From contig JAEOUH010000070.1 of assembly GCA_016839365.1 (NCBI GenBank), positions 68,166 through 132,165 of the forward strand: 64,000 nucleotides of DNA. Direction: 5' to 3'. This document shows positions 54,940 through 63,674 of this stretch, in pieces. The notes beneath the pieces are model-generated. The model was not told the DNA's origin. It did no database searches and worked only from the letters and a program-made list of their open reading frames with translations. Numbering within the stretch: position 1 is the first letter of the stretch; each line of letters opens with the position of its first letter. Both the position numbers and the translations under genes were made by a program. The DNA comes from Candidatus Hermodarchaeota archaeon (GTDB lineage: Archaea; Asgardarchaeota; Hermodarchaeia; Hermodarchaeales; Hermodarchaeaceae).

Positions 54940-55197
54940 CTATGGGAGAGTGGACGATTTGACATTTCCTATGACGTTGTAGTTAAACTGGCTCTTGATC
55001 AATTCCTGGAGATCGTCAACGTATTTGGGGGTGAGGGTGAAATAGTCCTCCAGTTTGATTAGTTCAGAAAAGTCGACAAAGTAGAGGGTGAAATCGCCTT
55101 CAGGACCAGGTTTCAGAGCATCAAATAGGACTTTCCAGATGAGGACCAAGATATCACCGGGTCCCTTTAGGCTGTTAGCTCGTATAAGCGTTGACAC
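54940..55197 (-). CDS. Small hypothetical protein (doubtful)
   Basis: An 85-codon ORF 15 nt downstream of the MBL gene. It starts with GTG, has no internal Met and shows no motif. Confidence 0.3.
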   Translation of the reverse strand: MSTLIRANSLKGPGDILVLIWKVLFDALKPGPEGDFTLYFVDFSELIKLEDYFTLTPKYVDDLQELIKSQFNYNVIGNVKSSTLP

Positions 55198-55212
55198 ACA
55201 TTGAAGGTGTGC

Positions 55213-56046
55213 TTAAGAGGGTGCGAAACTGGCCAGTTGCCAGTAGGCGAGGCTGACGATCTGGCACATAGTACACTGGGAGGCGTAGGTGGTGAGCCAT
55301 TCGATGTTGGCTCCTTCAGCGTAGTGAATGGGTACAAAATAGCGGGGTTGGATGACTTCAAGGGCATCGACAACTTCTTCGTTGAACATAGTTTGACATC
55401 CTGGGCCCAAGGGAAGCATTGCAACATCAATTGTGCCTGTTATTTCACTGTATTCGGGGATATTCTTGGAATCACCGGCATGGAAGAAGGTGACGCCACC
55501 GAATTCGATAATATAGCTAGTATATTCTGCTTCTAGTGGATGACTAGCTTGGCCCCCCTCGACATCAAAGGTGTACATGAAGAACGCTGTAATGGTAACT
55601 TGCTCATACACTAATTCATCTCGAGGTACAACACCAATTCCACCATGAACCACGATCTCTGCAGACATGTTGGCAGGAAACACATTAATTGTTCCTTCTT
55701 TTTGGATTAATCCAATGGAAGAAGGTTGATAATGGTCGCCATGTGGATGCGTAACGAGCACCACATCAGCAGGTAGTGCTTCATAATTAGCTGGCAGATT
55801 GATGGGATCCACATAGATGCGATAGCCGTTGAATTCGAGCATTACGCCTGCGTTATCTAGGAGTTGGAAACGTACGCCAACGGGTGGCATAAGGGAAAAC
55901 CCGATGAGTGGTACTGCAACAGCCACTGTTGCCACAATTACAACACTGATGATGATCTTCGCATTCTTTGTTAATGGCATAACTGCTGCTTCTCTATTCT
56001 GTAATATAATTTCACGGAATCTGTTCGGTTCGGATTTCCGCATCAA
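55213..56046 (-). CDS. MBL-fold metallo-hydrolase with an N-terminal TM anchor
   Basis: VVLVTHPHGDHY (H-x-H-x-D-H) with downstream FFHAGD. An alternative start is ATG 55980. Confidence 0.75.
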   Translation of the reverse strand: MMRKSEPNRFREIILQNREAAVMPLTKNAKIIISVVIVATVAVAVPLIGFSLMPPVGVRFQLLDNAGVMLEFNGYRIYVDPINLPANYEALPADVVLVTHPHGDHYQPSSIGLIQKEGTINVFPANMSAEIVVHGGIGVVPRDELVYEQVTITAFFMYTFDVEGGQASHPLEAEYTSYIIEFGGVTFFHAGDSKNIPEYSEITGTIDVAMLPLGPGCQTMFNEEVVDALEVIQPRYFVPIHYAEGANIEWLTTYASQCTMCQIVSLAYWQLASFAPS

Positions 56047-56114
56047 GAAAAGGATTGTTGGAGCAGATACGAACCTCGTGGTTCGGGATGATGCAGTTTC
56101 CTTCTGATCCAGAT

Positions 56115-56342
56115 TTAGTGAGCAAGTTTGACCAGCCAGATTATCAACAAGATGACTAAAACTGTAATAGCCGTGGTAAATCCTACTGTACTTGGAGATG
56201 TACCCCTATTGAAGTCATCACATTCCAAGTAGCAATACTTGCAGAAATGCAATTGGTCGGGTATTCTACTAGACCATTTGTATTTAAGGCGATTAACGGC
56301 CTTACCGACGATTTCTTCACCACAGTTAGAGCATTGCACCAT
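56115..56342 (-). CDS. Tail-anchored zinc-ribbon protein
   Basis: MVQCSNCGEE...FCKYCYLEC followed by the TM TTAITVLVILLIIWLV. The ORF opens at TTG 56426, but the ATG at 56342 is preferred. Confidence 0.5.
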   Translation of the reverse strand: MVQCSNCGEEIVGKAVNRLKYKWSSRIPDQLHFCKYCYLECDDFNRGTSPSTVGFTTAITVLVILLIIWLVKLAH

Positions 56343-56488
56343 TCTATTTAACCACAAATTCCTTCTTACAGAGTTGTAGGCAACTAAGGAAAGTAATGTA
56401 AATCCTAGAATATAATCCTCTGGCAATGAGAGTATGAGGAGAAATACTCAGAGTTACCTAAAATCAACAAAATTCTGAAGGCTCTGGT

Positions 56489-57442
56489 TCAGATTGGGTG
56501 CTTGGGTATTTTTGGAAGAAATCTTATCGTACTCCTCTGAGGAAATAGGCGGTAGACAAACTCTTTGTTTTGAATGGTTGGCGGAATGGTAAATCCTTTA
56601 TTACTTAGGGTGGAATTCTCTTGAACAGTTTCCCAAGCAATCTCTTGTAAGAAGATAGCATCCACCGCTGAAACATTAAAGAAATAGGAAGGAAGTGGTG
56701 GGGAAGTGGGGCGGTAAGAAAGTCCAACAGGGTTTTCATTAAAAATCGTGGCATAAATTACAAGTGCAGCAAGATACGTTCCATTCATACTTGAATGCAT
56801 TACATCCGAATATATGTAATAACCTGGGCGAGTATCATTTACTTTCTTGAATGCAAGGCCGACTGGAGCTACCAATATATCATACTTCTCTGCAAGGTCA
56901 TAATGAGCTTGAGCCATCACTGAAAGAGGAAGGGGTTGTAAATCAGGTTTCCACCAAGGAGCGCCGAGAGCTTCCCATGCCATAAATAAAACTGGTTCAG
57001 CTCCTACTTCTCTACTTGCTTCAATAAGGAGACTCGCATGAGTTTTGAAACTTTCAATACCTGCAAGATACGGTGTTCCCTGCACAATTACATAGTCATA
57101 TTGACCAGCAGAAATCATTTCCAGAGCTGATGAGGAAAGCAGGGCTAAATGTGCCATGGATGCAGTATTATCATCAGCTTCGATTCTATGAGATGGAGAC
57201 GCAGAGGATCCTAATTGCTCTACGTGGTAATCAACCCCTCCATAATTATAGGTTAAACTGTTGCCGATAAAAAGCATTTTGACTGAATAATCCTGATACC
57301 CTTGGTTTATCCTCAGATACAATGTAAAGGCCACACATACAGAAACCACAATCAACGAGGTTAGAATTAAAACCTTATACTTCGGCCTAATTTTACTAAG
57401 TTTTCGAAGAATATTCTTAACCACGACACCATCTCGATTCAA
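56489..57442 (-). CDS. SGNH/GDSL-like hydrolase with an N-terminal TM anchor
   Basis: MLFIGNSLTYNYGG is block I (G-N-S-L-T). The start is TTG. Confidence 0.5.
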   Translation of the reverse strand: MNRDGVVVKNILRKLSKIRPKYKVLILTSLIVVSVCVAFTLYLRINQGYQDYSVKMLFIGNSLTYNYGGVDYHVEQLGSSASPSHRIEADDNTASMAHLALLSSSALEMISAGQYDYVIVQGTPYLAGIESFKTHASLLIEASREVGAEPVLFMAWEALGAPWWKPDLQPLPLSVMAQAHYDLAEKYDILVAPVGLAFKKVNDTRPGYYIYSDVMHSSMNGTYLAALVIYATIFNENPVGLSYRPTSPPLPSYFFNVSAVDAIFLQEIAWETVQENSTLSNKGFTIPPTIQNKEFVYRLFPQRSTIRFLPKIPKHPI

Positions 57443-57455
57443 ACTGAAGTCAGAA

Positions 57456-57615
57456 TTTGCATATCAATCAAATTACAAATATGAAAGCAAAAAAAAGCAA
57501 AAACCATGTAAAAATGGATTAACTTTGCAGTTTCATTTGCAAAATTATAAACTTCGTAACATTATTTTTTAATATACCCGTGTCTAAATTTGCAACAATT
57601 GTTGGGAATTTGACA
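57456..57615. promoter_or_regulatory. Cluster of TTTGCA boxes plus a T/A-rich box upstream of the fused Lrp-like regulator
   Basis: Exact TTTGCA at 57456, 57524, 57536 and 57589, plus TTTGACA at 57609. A TTTTTTAATATA box is at 57565-57576. The palindrome CAACAATTGTTG is at 57593-57604. Confidence 0.4.
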
Positions 57616-57658
57616 TCATTTAGTTGAATATAATTCAATGATTCCCTAAATCTCCATA

Positions 57659-58627
57659 ATGGTGGAAGAGTTGGATTGGCTGGATAAGGCACTCATTTTC
57701 GAATTATATTCTAATGCACGAATTCCAATCCAGGTACTTTGCAAAAAGTATGATGTGGCTTTTAATACCATCAAAAATCGAATAAAAAAATTAGAAAAAA
57801 AGGGTGTAATTCTCGAATATTGTGTCGAATTAAGTATGGAAATGCTCGGGGCTGAATGGCTTTATGTGGAAATTACCACAAATGGTACAGAAGATATAGA
57901 AGAGTTTGTTAATCAAATTGGTAATCATCCGTTGGTTCGATTTTCTAATCAAATTAGTACTCAAAAATATCAAGCTCGGGCCATCGTTACAGGCGCAAAT
58001 GAAATTTTCGAATTAAAGCATTTTATTAAATCAATTAGTTCAGTCATTGAATTTCAAATGCACCCTTTCGTGTGGATTGCTCCTACGGCCTTACCTTCTA
58101 GTAAAGCACGAACAAAGGGGCATAGGATTGTCTTCACCAAGAATCAATTACAAATACTGCATTGTTTAGCCAATGATGTTCGAATGCCTGTAACAGAAAT
58201 CTCTAAACGAACCAATATTCCAATCCGTAAAGTGAATAAGATATTAGAAGAACTACATGAAGGGGGAGGAGTGCATTTTACGATTCGAATGATGATGGCG
58301 GATCCAGTTGAATTAATTATATTCCTCAGATATGACGATAAAAAAATAGACATCAATCATATTGTTGAATGGTTTCAAAAACGTTATCCATTAGAATTCT
58401 GGGGTGGGGCTTGCTGGTTAAATGAACCAGTCTTTGAGGTGATAATTGTACCTGGGAAGATTACAGTATTTAGTGACATCATCCGACAAGTACGAGCAGC
58501 ACCTTTTACTATTTCAGTACAGACACATCTTTTTTCATCTGATTCATTACTGCGTGGACAGTATAGAGGACCCAGTCATACCCGTTTAGAAGAAATGTTC
58601 CGAAAGGCAGGTCTTGTAGAAACATGA
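57659..58627 (+). CDS. Tandem-fused Lrp/AsnC-type regulator (two wHTH + RAM-like units in one chain)
   Basis: Unit 1 is LDKALIFELYSNARIPIQVLCKKYDVAFNTIKNRIKKLEKKGVI. Unit 2 is LQILHCLANDVRMPVTEISKRTNIPIRKVNKILEELHEGGGV. Each is followed by a ~80-aa alpha/beta segment. Confidence 0.6.
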   Translation: MVEELDWLDKALIFELYSNARIPIQVLCKKYDVAFNTIKNRIKKLEKKGVILEYCVELSMEMLGAEWLYVEITTNGTEDIEEFVNQIGNHPLVRFSNQISTQKYQARAIVTGANEIFELKHFIKSISSVIEFQMHPFVWIAPTALPSSKARTKGHRIVFTKNQLQILHCLANDVRMPVTEISKRTNIPIRKVNKILEELHEGGGVHFTIRMMMADPVELIIFLRYDDKKIDINHIVEWFQKRYPLEFWGGACWLNEPVFEVIIVPGKITVFSDIIRQVRAAPFTISVQTHLFSSDSLLRGQYRGPSHTRLEEMFRKAGLVET

Positions 58628-58739
58628 ACCCTTCGAAATTTCGAACCTAATTGAATAAATTGAAATGTTAACACTGGTTTGGTATCGCCGGAACTCAAGA
58701 ATTAACTAATGACATGTTCAGGTTCAATAGATTCGATAC

Positions 58740-59354
58740 TCAGGATTTCTTGATTGGTTGACGAATCACTGTTCGCAACTTCTCTGGCACTGTTCGACGT
58801 GGATCACTAAGATAGATTTCATGGTGTTTTCCACGGAGCTCATAACCCTGATTAAAGGCATACTGGTGCATAGCTTCAATCACAGGGCCTTCTTCCGAGA
58901 AGGGGCCAATGTGCATTACTTGAACCGATACGCCCTCCTTATAGGTTTCCAACCGCATCTTGGGTAAGGCAACGGGGGCGTTCTTTTTCTGCACTGCCTC
59001 AATGGCTTCTTTATAGTATTCTTGTGTCACTTCAGGAGGCTGCATGATCATGGAAGTCCAGAGCCATTCATCCTTTCGAGTATCGATAATGAAGACCGTC
59101 ATATCCTTTGCCCACCACAAACCTTCGAGGGGCATCACCGTATAATCAATGATTCTGGCTTTCTTCAAGGCAAACTTCAACGTATAGGATACGGGGTAGA
59201 GGGCTTCCATCGCCTGTGTGTATTCAATTGAGGTTCCTGGGTAGCCCTTCCCGTCAATCATGAGGTACTGCATGGGCGGTACATCAACGATAACCGGTTT
59301 TCGGCCTGGCTTGTAGATTTCTTTGAATATTTTTTTATGATCTATTTTTTCCAT
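58740..59354 (-). CDS. GyrI-like domain protein (second subfamily)
   Basis: IYKPGRKPVIVDVPPMQYLMIDGKGYP ... MHIGPFSEEGP ... HHEIYLSDPRR matches the recalled ~200-aa GyrI-like pattern. Confidence 0.65.
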   Translation of the reverse strand: MEKIDHKKIFKEIYKPGRKPVIVDVPPMQYLMIDGKGYPGTSIEYTQAMEALYPVSYTLKFALKKARIIDYTVMPLEGLWWAKDMTVFIIDTRKDEWLWTSMIMQPPEVTQEYYKEAIEAVQKKNAPVALPKMRLETYKEGVSVQVMHIGPFSEEGPVIEAMHQYAFNQGYELRGKHHEIYLSDPRRTVPEKLRTVIRQPIKKS

Positions 59355-59473
59355 TTTACAACCTTCCTAGTTAGTCATGTCTTGGAGGAGTTCGATTCTT
59401 TCCTTCTCAACTTGGTAGAGCTGGAATATCCTCTTTTGGACGATGGGTGGAAACTTCGATGGCTGGGCCACCA

Positions 59474-60358
59474 TCATGGCAGGTGAGGTATTATCAAAAA
59501 AAGGATTAGAAGAAAACATAAGATGATGCTTATGATACAAGCAACCGCTATATTTCTAATTTGTGTATTCCATCTCCTCCGTTGATAAGTACCCACCATG
59601 ATAAAGGTTAGAAACGATAGAGGGAGGGCCATTATAAGGCCAGGGATGATTAAGGGCCATCCATAGAGGTACATCAATCCCCGTGTTACAAGGAACCATA
59701 CCCCAACAGCAATTCCTGCGACAATCTTAGGGAGCCCATGCGTGATTGTCTGGTCTCTTTTGATTTGCTGTCGTATGGGCTCGATATCTTGACGATAGAC
59801 TCGAAATCGTAGATAGGCTTGAAGAATACGGACTAATCGGATTTCTTTCTTACCACCGGTAAGATAGATATTCGTGTAGTAGCAAAGATTCGTTCTCGTT
59901 TTACGCCCCCCATGTTCTATAACAAGATCAACTACCTCTATTCCCTTGACATCGAAAGTAATTCGACTGATTGAAGGCCATTGAATGTTGTGATTATTGC
60001 CAAAAACGCGTGGCAGTGAAATCCCATCTATTGAAATGACCATGTACTTCCTCCGAAGGAAAATGGACCACACAACAAAGACAATCCCCAGGATTAAGAA
60101 AAAACATGCAAACAAATCACCGATGCCCCAGATAAATATGGTGCCATAAATCCAGAGAGTCGCCCACGTGATGACTCCCCAACTAAAGAACAGAGCAGCA
60201 CTCCCGAGGACAACGAAAATCCATATTCCCCAGGGAAAGAAATGTGCCTCATAGCCTTGGATTCGGCTGACCATCATCATTTCATCATCATAGGGTTTGA
60301 TGATCTTTCGGTCGAGTTTGAACCGTTCATATGCATATTCTAAATCCCTTTGCCCCAT
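59474..60358 (-). CDS. Hypothetical membrane protein with a central soluble insert
   Basis: TM helices flank a ~90-aa beta-rich segment (MVISIDGISLP...ITFDVKGIEVV). Confidence 0.5.
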   Translation of the reverse strand: MGQRDLEYAYERFKLDRKIIKPYDDEMMMVSRIQGYEAHFFPWGIWIFVVLGSAALFFSWGVITWATLWIYGTIFIWGIGDLFACFFLILGIVFVVWSIFLRRKYMVISIDGISLPRVFGNNHNIQWPSISRITFDVKGIEVVDLVIEHGGRKTRTNLCYYTNIYLTGGKKEIRLVRILQAYLRFRVYRQDIEPIRQQIKRDQTITHGLPKIVAGIAVGVWFLVTRGLMYLYGWPLIIPGLIMALPLSFLTFIMVGTYQRRRWNTQIRNIAVACIISIILCFLLILFLIIPHLP

Positions 60359-60450
60359 ACGAAACCACAGATTATTTACTCCTAATATTAAATAAAAGGT
60401 GGGGGTCCTTGACAGATCAGAATCGAGTATGAGCGTGTGGTGAATGTTGT

Positions 60451-61260
60451 ATGGTGTCAGATGATGGTATCATTGCTAAGACAAAACAGACTTTAATAGA
60501 GATTAGCCAAAAGGCGCATCGGCATCCCGAAGTTATTGCTCAAGCTGAAAAGGTGGACTGGTATGAGGATTTCTCAGCAGGATATAAGGGTCTTTACTAC
60601 TTCGTGCCCGTTTCACTCTCTTCCCGTTATAAACGCCACTTACGAGTAGCAGCCTTGAATGTGCCCATGGTTCGAAAAGTGAGTGGGAACCTCTTTCAAG
60701 AACTCCGACTAGAAGGTCTGCGAGACGTGGACACCATCTTAGCGTATTGTAATGCCTTGTTAAGGCAATGGAGTTGGGAATATCGCACTATCGCCTTCGA
60801 CTGGTCCTATCGAGTTCGCAAAGACTTTGAACCCCGTCATTTTCCAATCTTCGAGGGTTGGACCAGACTTTACCTATCCACTTGGGGTGGTGTTGATGAT
60901 TTTTGCACCCATACCATGGGCTACTTTTTCGACACATTTTCTCAGTTTGTTCCGAAGGTGCTTGGCTGGGCGACTTCGGAGAATCCGTGGATTCTGCGAG
61001 CTGCAGCTGTATCACTCATCTTTGGGTTGCGTCGTGGTCGACATGTAGAATACATTTTTGATGTCGCCGATGCTATGTTATTAGACCCACGGAAGTACGT
61101 ACAAACCGGGTATGGCTGGATGCTTAAAGAGGCAACGAAACACTTCCAGGATCAGGTCTTTGATTACGTGATGGAAAAGAAGGACAAGATGCCCAGACGA
61201 GCCCTCCGTTATGCTATTGAAAAAATGCCCAAGACGCTCAAAGCCCAAGCCATGGACTAG
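60451..61260 (+). CDS. DNA alkylation repair (AlkD-like HEAT-repeat) protein
   Basis: WATSENPWILRAAAVSLI...LLDPRKYVQTGYGWMLKEATKHF...PRRALRYAIEKMP fits the recalled W..S.N.W.rR.A...D....VqKg.GW.LRE...lRYA.EK pattern. Confidence 0.6.
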   Translation: MVSDDGIIAKTKQTLIEISQKAHRHPEVIAQAEKVDWYEDFSAGYKGLYYFVPVSLSSRYKRHLRVAALNVPMVRKVSGNLFQELRLEGLRDVDTILAYCNALLRQWSWEYRTIAFDWSYRVRKDFEPRHFPIFEGWTRLYLSTWGGVDDFCTHTMGYFFDTFSQFVPKVLGWATSENPWILRAAAVSLIFGLRRGRHVEYIFDVADAMLLDPRKYVQTGYGWMLKEATKHFQDQVFDYVMEKKDKMPRRALRYAIEKMPKTLKAQAMD

Positions 61261-61326
61261 ATTTAACACTTTCCCCTAACGTTATGCTCTTAATGGGATT
61301 AGACACAATATGACGTTGTGGTTCAC

Positions 61327-61776
61327 ATGACTGAAATGCATGGTTATTGTGGGTATCGGTGCCATTTGTGTGCCGCCCAATCTCCAGATGAAAAAACCCG
61401 GCAAAAGCTAGTTGATGGGTGGCGCAAGTACTTTGGGCACCAGAATTATACTGCCCAAAATGTGCAGTGTGATGGATGCAAGGCTGACGGAAAACTCGCA
61501 GACAAGGAATGCCAAGCGCGACCTTGTGCCAAAGAGCGGGGGGTCGATTATTGCATGACTTGCGATGACTTCCCCTGTGATAAGGTGAAGAAACTAATGG
61601 GCAGTCGAAATGGGATGCTCCTTTATAGTCTCCCCCGAACATATGATATTACTGAAGATGAATACAATCTGTGCATGACTCAATTCGATTCAATGCCTTT
61701 CATTCTCAGGATCCTCACTGAGCATCAGAAAGTTCCCCGATGGTGGAAAGTACCAAATAAATCACAGAAGAAATGA
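61327..61776 (+). CDS. DUF3795 Cys-rich protein
   Basis: GYCGYRCHLCAAQ...CDGCKADGK...CQARPCAKERGVDYCMTCDDFPCDK. The ORF opens at GTG 61318. Confidence 0.65.
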   Translation: MTEMHGYCGYRCHLCAAQSPDEKTRQKLVDGWRKYFGHQNYTAQNVQCDGCKADGKLADKECQARPCAKERGVDYCMTCDDFPCDKVKKLMGSRNGMLLYSLPRTYDITEDEYNLCMTQFDSMPFILRILTEHQKVPRWWKVPNKSQKK

Positions 61777-61881
61777 ATATCAGTTCATCGAAGTCAATGC
61801 AGCTGAATACCTCAGAAGTCTCAACTCATTTGTGGAGAAAAAAGAAAAAGTGGAACATAGTTTGTGTTAAACGATGTTCCT

Positions 61882-62160
61882 TTAGGCTCCACCTTTTCCA
61901 CTGGGCAGAATTGCGCCAGCGACCAGAGTTAAAATGCCAGGCACGACACCAGTGAAGATGAGTGCGAGAATGCCAGTAACGATGGCTCCGGTCTTATGCT
62001 CCACGGGGTTATCCCGCCAGGAGAGCCAGAGGGCGCCAAAAACGATTCCAACGATTGCCAATGGAATGGTAATAACACCGAAGATTAAAAAAACCGAAAT
62101 GATAATCTGCAGGATTCCGGCAACGAGGAGTAACGTGCTTGCGGTTTCTTCATCGCTCAT
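61882..62160 (-). CDS. Small two/three-TM membrane protein
   Basis: MSDEETAS... followed by hydrophobic helices. A TTTATATT box lies about 45 bp upstream. Confidence 0.45.
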   Translation of the reverse strand: MSDEETASTLLLVAGILQIIISVFLIFGVITIPLAIVGIVFGALWLSWRDNPVEHKTGAIVTGILALIFTGVVPGILTLVAGAILPSGKGGA

Positions 62161-62398
62161 GTTGTAACCTCTCAAAGAAGGTTATGTTGTCTTACTGGTT
62201 GAAATATAAATTCTTTAGTATCCATGGACGCCCTGCTATCCGTAGATGGTTGAAGTATGAATTTCTATGATGTAGTTTCAACCAACTGAACTGTGTGGTT
62301 CTGACCTTCTATTGTATGAAAGAAAAATCAGTTTACCTCTTGTAAAAAACATTACAACATATGATAAAAGAAATTCACTACACCTTTTTCTTATACAT

Positions 62399-63640
62399 CT
62401 AGCTAGTAAGTGCGTTCTTCAGCTTGGCAGGTTTTGCCCTTTCAATACGAATCTGATCAAGGTTGTGAAAGTCTTTGAAGCGCTGCAATTCCTCTCCGAT
62501 GGCTTCGATTGCATCGTTTAATTGATTCCGTGGAAGAGTGACTTCTACGTTGCGGAGGATAAGTGTCTTGTTTGCCCGATCCGCTTTTGGGTCGATTCGC
62601 CCAATCAGGTTGTGTTTCCACAAAATAGGTGTGATATAGTAGCCAAATTGCCTTTTCGCTGGAGGAACATAGGCTTCGAGTTTAATCTCCATATCAAACA
62701 ACTCTCTTACTCGTTGGCGGTCCCAGACCAGATTATCGAAGGGATTAAGGAACCAAGCACGCGAGGAAGAGTAGCGCCGATCTTGAATTTGATGTAGAAA
62801 CGGTAATCGACGAGTAAGTATGTAATATTGCTGCGTTGATTGGGATACATCAATTCGCATCACTACATCTTCTTGTTCCAACTGGGCCAGGAGTTGTTCC
62901 ATAATTTTAGTTCGATTTTTCGGTCGTTGTTCAGCGCCATAATCTAAGGCGTAATTCCTCAAACTAATGTATTCTAAAAGTTGCCTTGGCGTACTTGTAA
63001 CCAAGCACTCAAGGCTACGTTCCAAGAAAAATCGCCATACTTGGTCTCGGTCCACCTCTTGGTTCAGGTATTTACTGGGAATGGCGCGTTCGGTGAGGTC
63101 ATAGAGACGTTGAAAGTTCTTACGCTCCACAACAGCAATACGCCCTCTTGTCCATAGGAGATCTAGTGCCACCTTTGCAGGTTTCCAGTCCCAGAAGCCC
63201 CCGCGCTTCTTTCCACTGGGATCTTCGAAATCCCTGCTACTTAACGGCCCTTCGTTTCGGATTCGGGCTTCGACAACATCCATCAAATCCCTATGCTCAT
63301 TGTAGAGCTTTTGATACCATGAATTATACGTTGTTGGGTCACGTTGCATGTGATGCCAATAGTATGGGTACTCTTCGATAGGAACAACAGAACAGGCATG
63401 TGCCCAGGTTTCGAATACCTGACGCTCACGAAGTGCTTTCCACACATGGCCCGGCTCGTAATCTTTTACACGGTTTCGTAGTGTGAGGTGATGGCTGCGG
63501 GCAACTACAGAAACTGTGTCAATTTGAACAGCTGCAATTTCTTGGACGGCTTGTTTAACCGAGGTCCATGATGGGGCATCATCTAATCCTTGTCGGATGG
63601 TAAACGCTGCTCGGAGGGTTGGGATGTCACTGAATACCAC
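62399..63640 (-). CDS. HTH_42 winged-helix DNA glycosylase, YcaQ-like subtype (Q-hydrophobic-D motif)
   Basis: The putative catalytic motif AVQIDTV (Q-I-D) was verified in the DNA at 63518-63526. Family blocks are VFETWAHACSVVP and GYYITPILW. The start is GTG. Confidence 0.75.
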   Translation of the reverse strand: MVFSDIPTLRAAFTIRQGLDDAPSWTSVKQAVQEIAAVQIDTVSVVARSHHLTLRNRVKDYEPGHVWKALRERQVFETWAHACSVVPIEEYPYYWHHMQRDPTTYNSWYQKLYNEHRDLMDVVEARIRNEGPLSSRDFEDPSGKKRGGFWDWKPAKVALDLLWTRGRIAVVERKNFQRLYDLTERAIPSKYLNQEVDRDQVWRFFLERSLECLVTSTPRQLLEYISLRNYALDYGAEQRPKNRTKIMEQLLAQLEQEDVVMRIDVSQSTQQYYILTRRLPFLHQIQDRRYSSSRAWFLNPFDNLVWDRQRVRELFDMEIKLEAYVPPAKRQFGYYITPILWKHNLIGRIDPKADRANKTLILRNVEVTLPRNQLNDAIEAIGEELQRFKDFHNLDQIRIERAKPAKLKNALTS

Positions 63641-63674
63641 AGAATCACAACAACATGAATCATTTCTGGATTAG

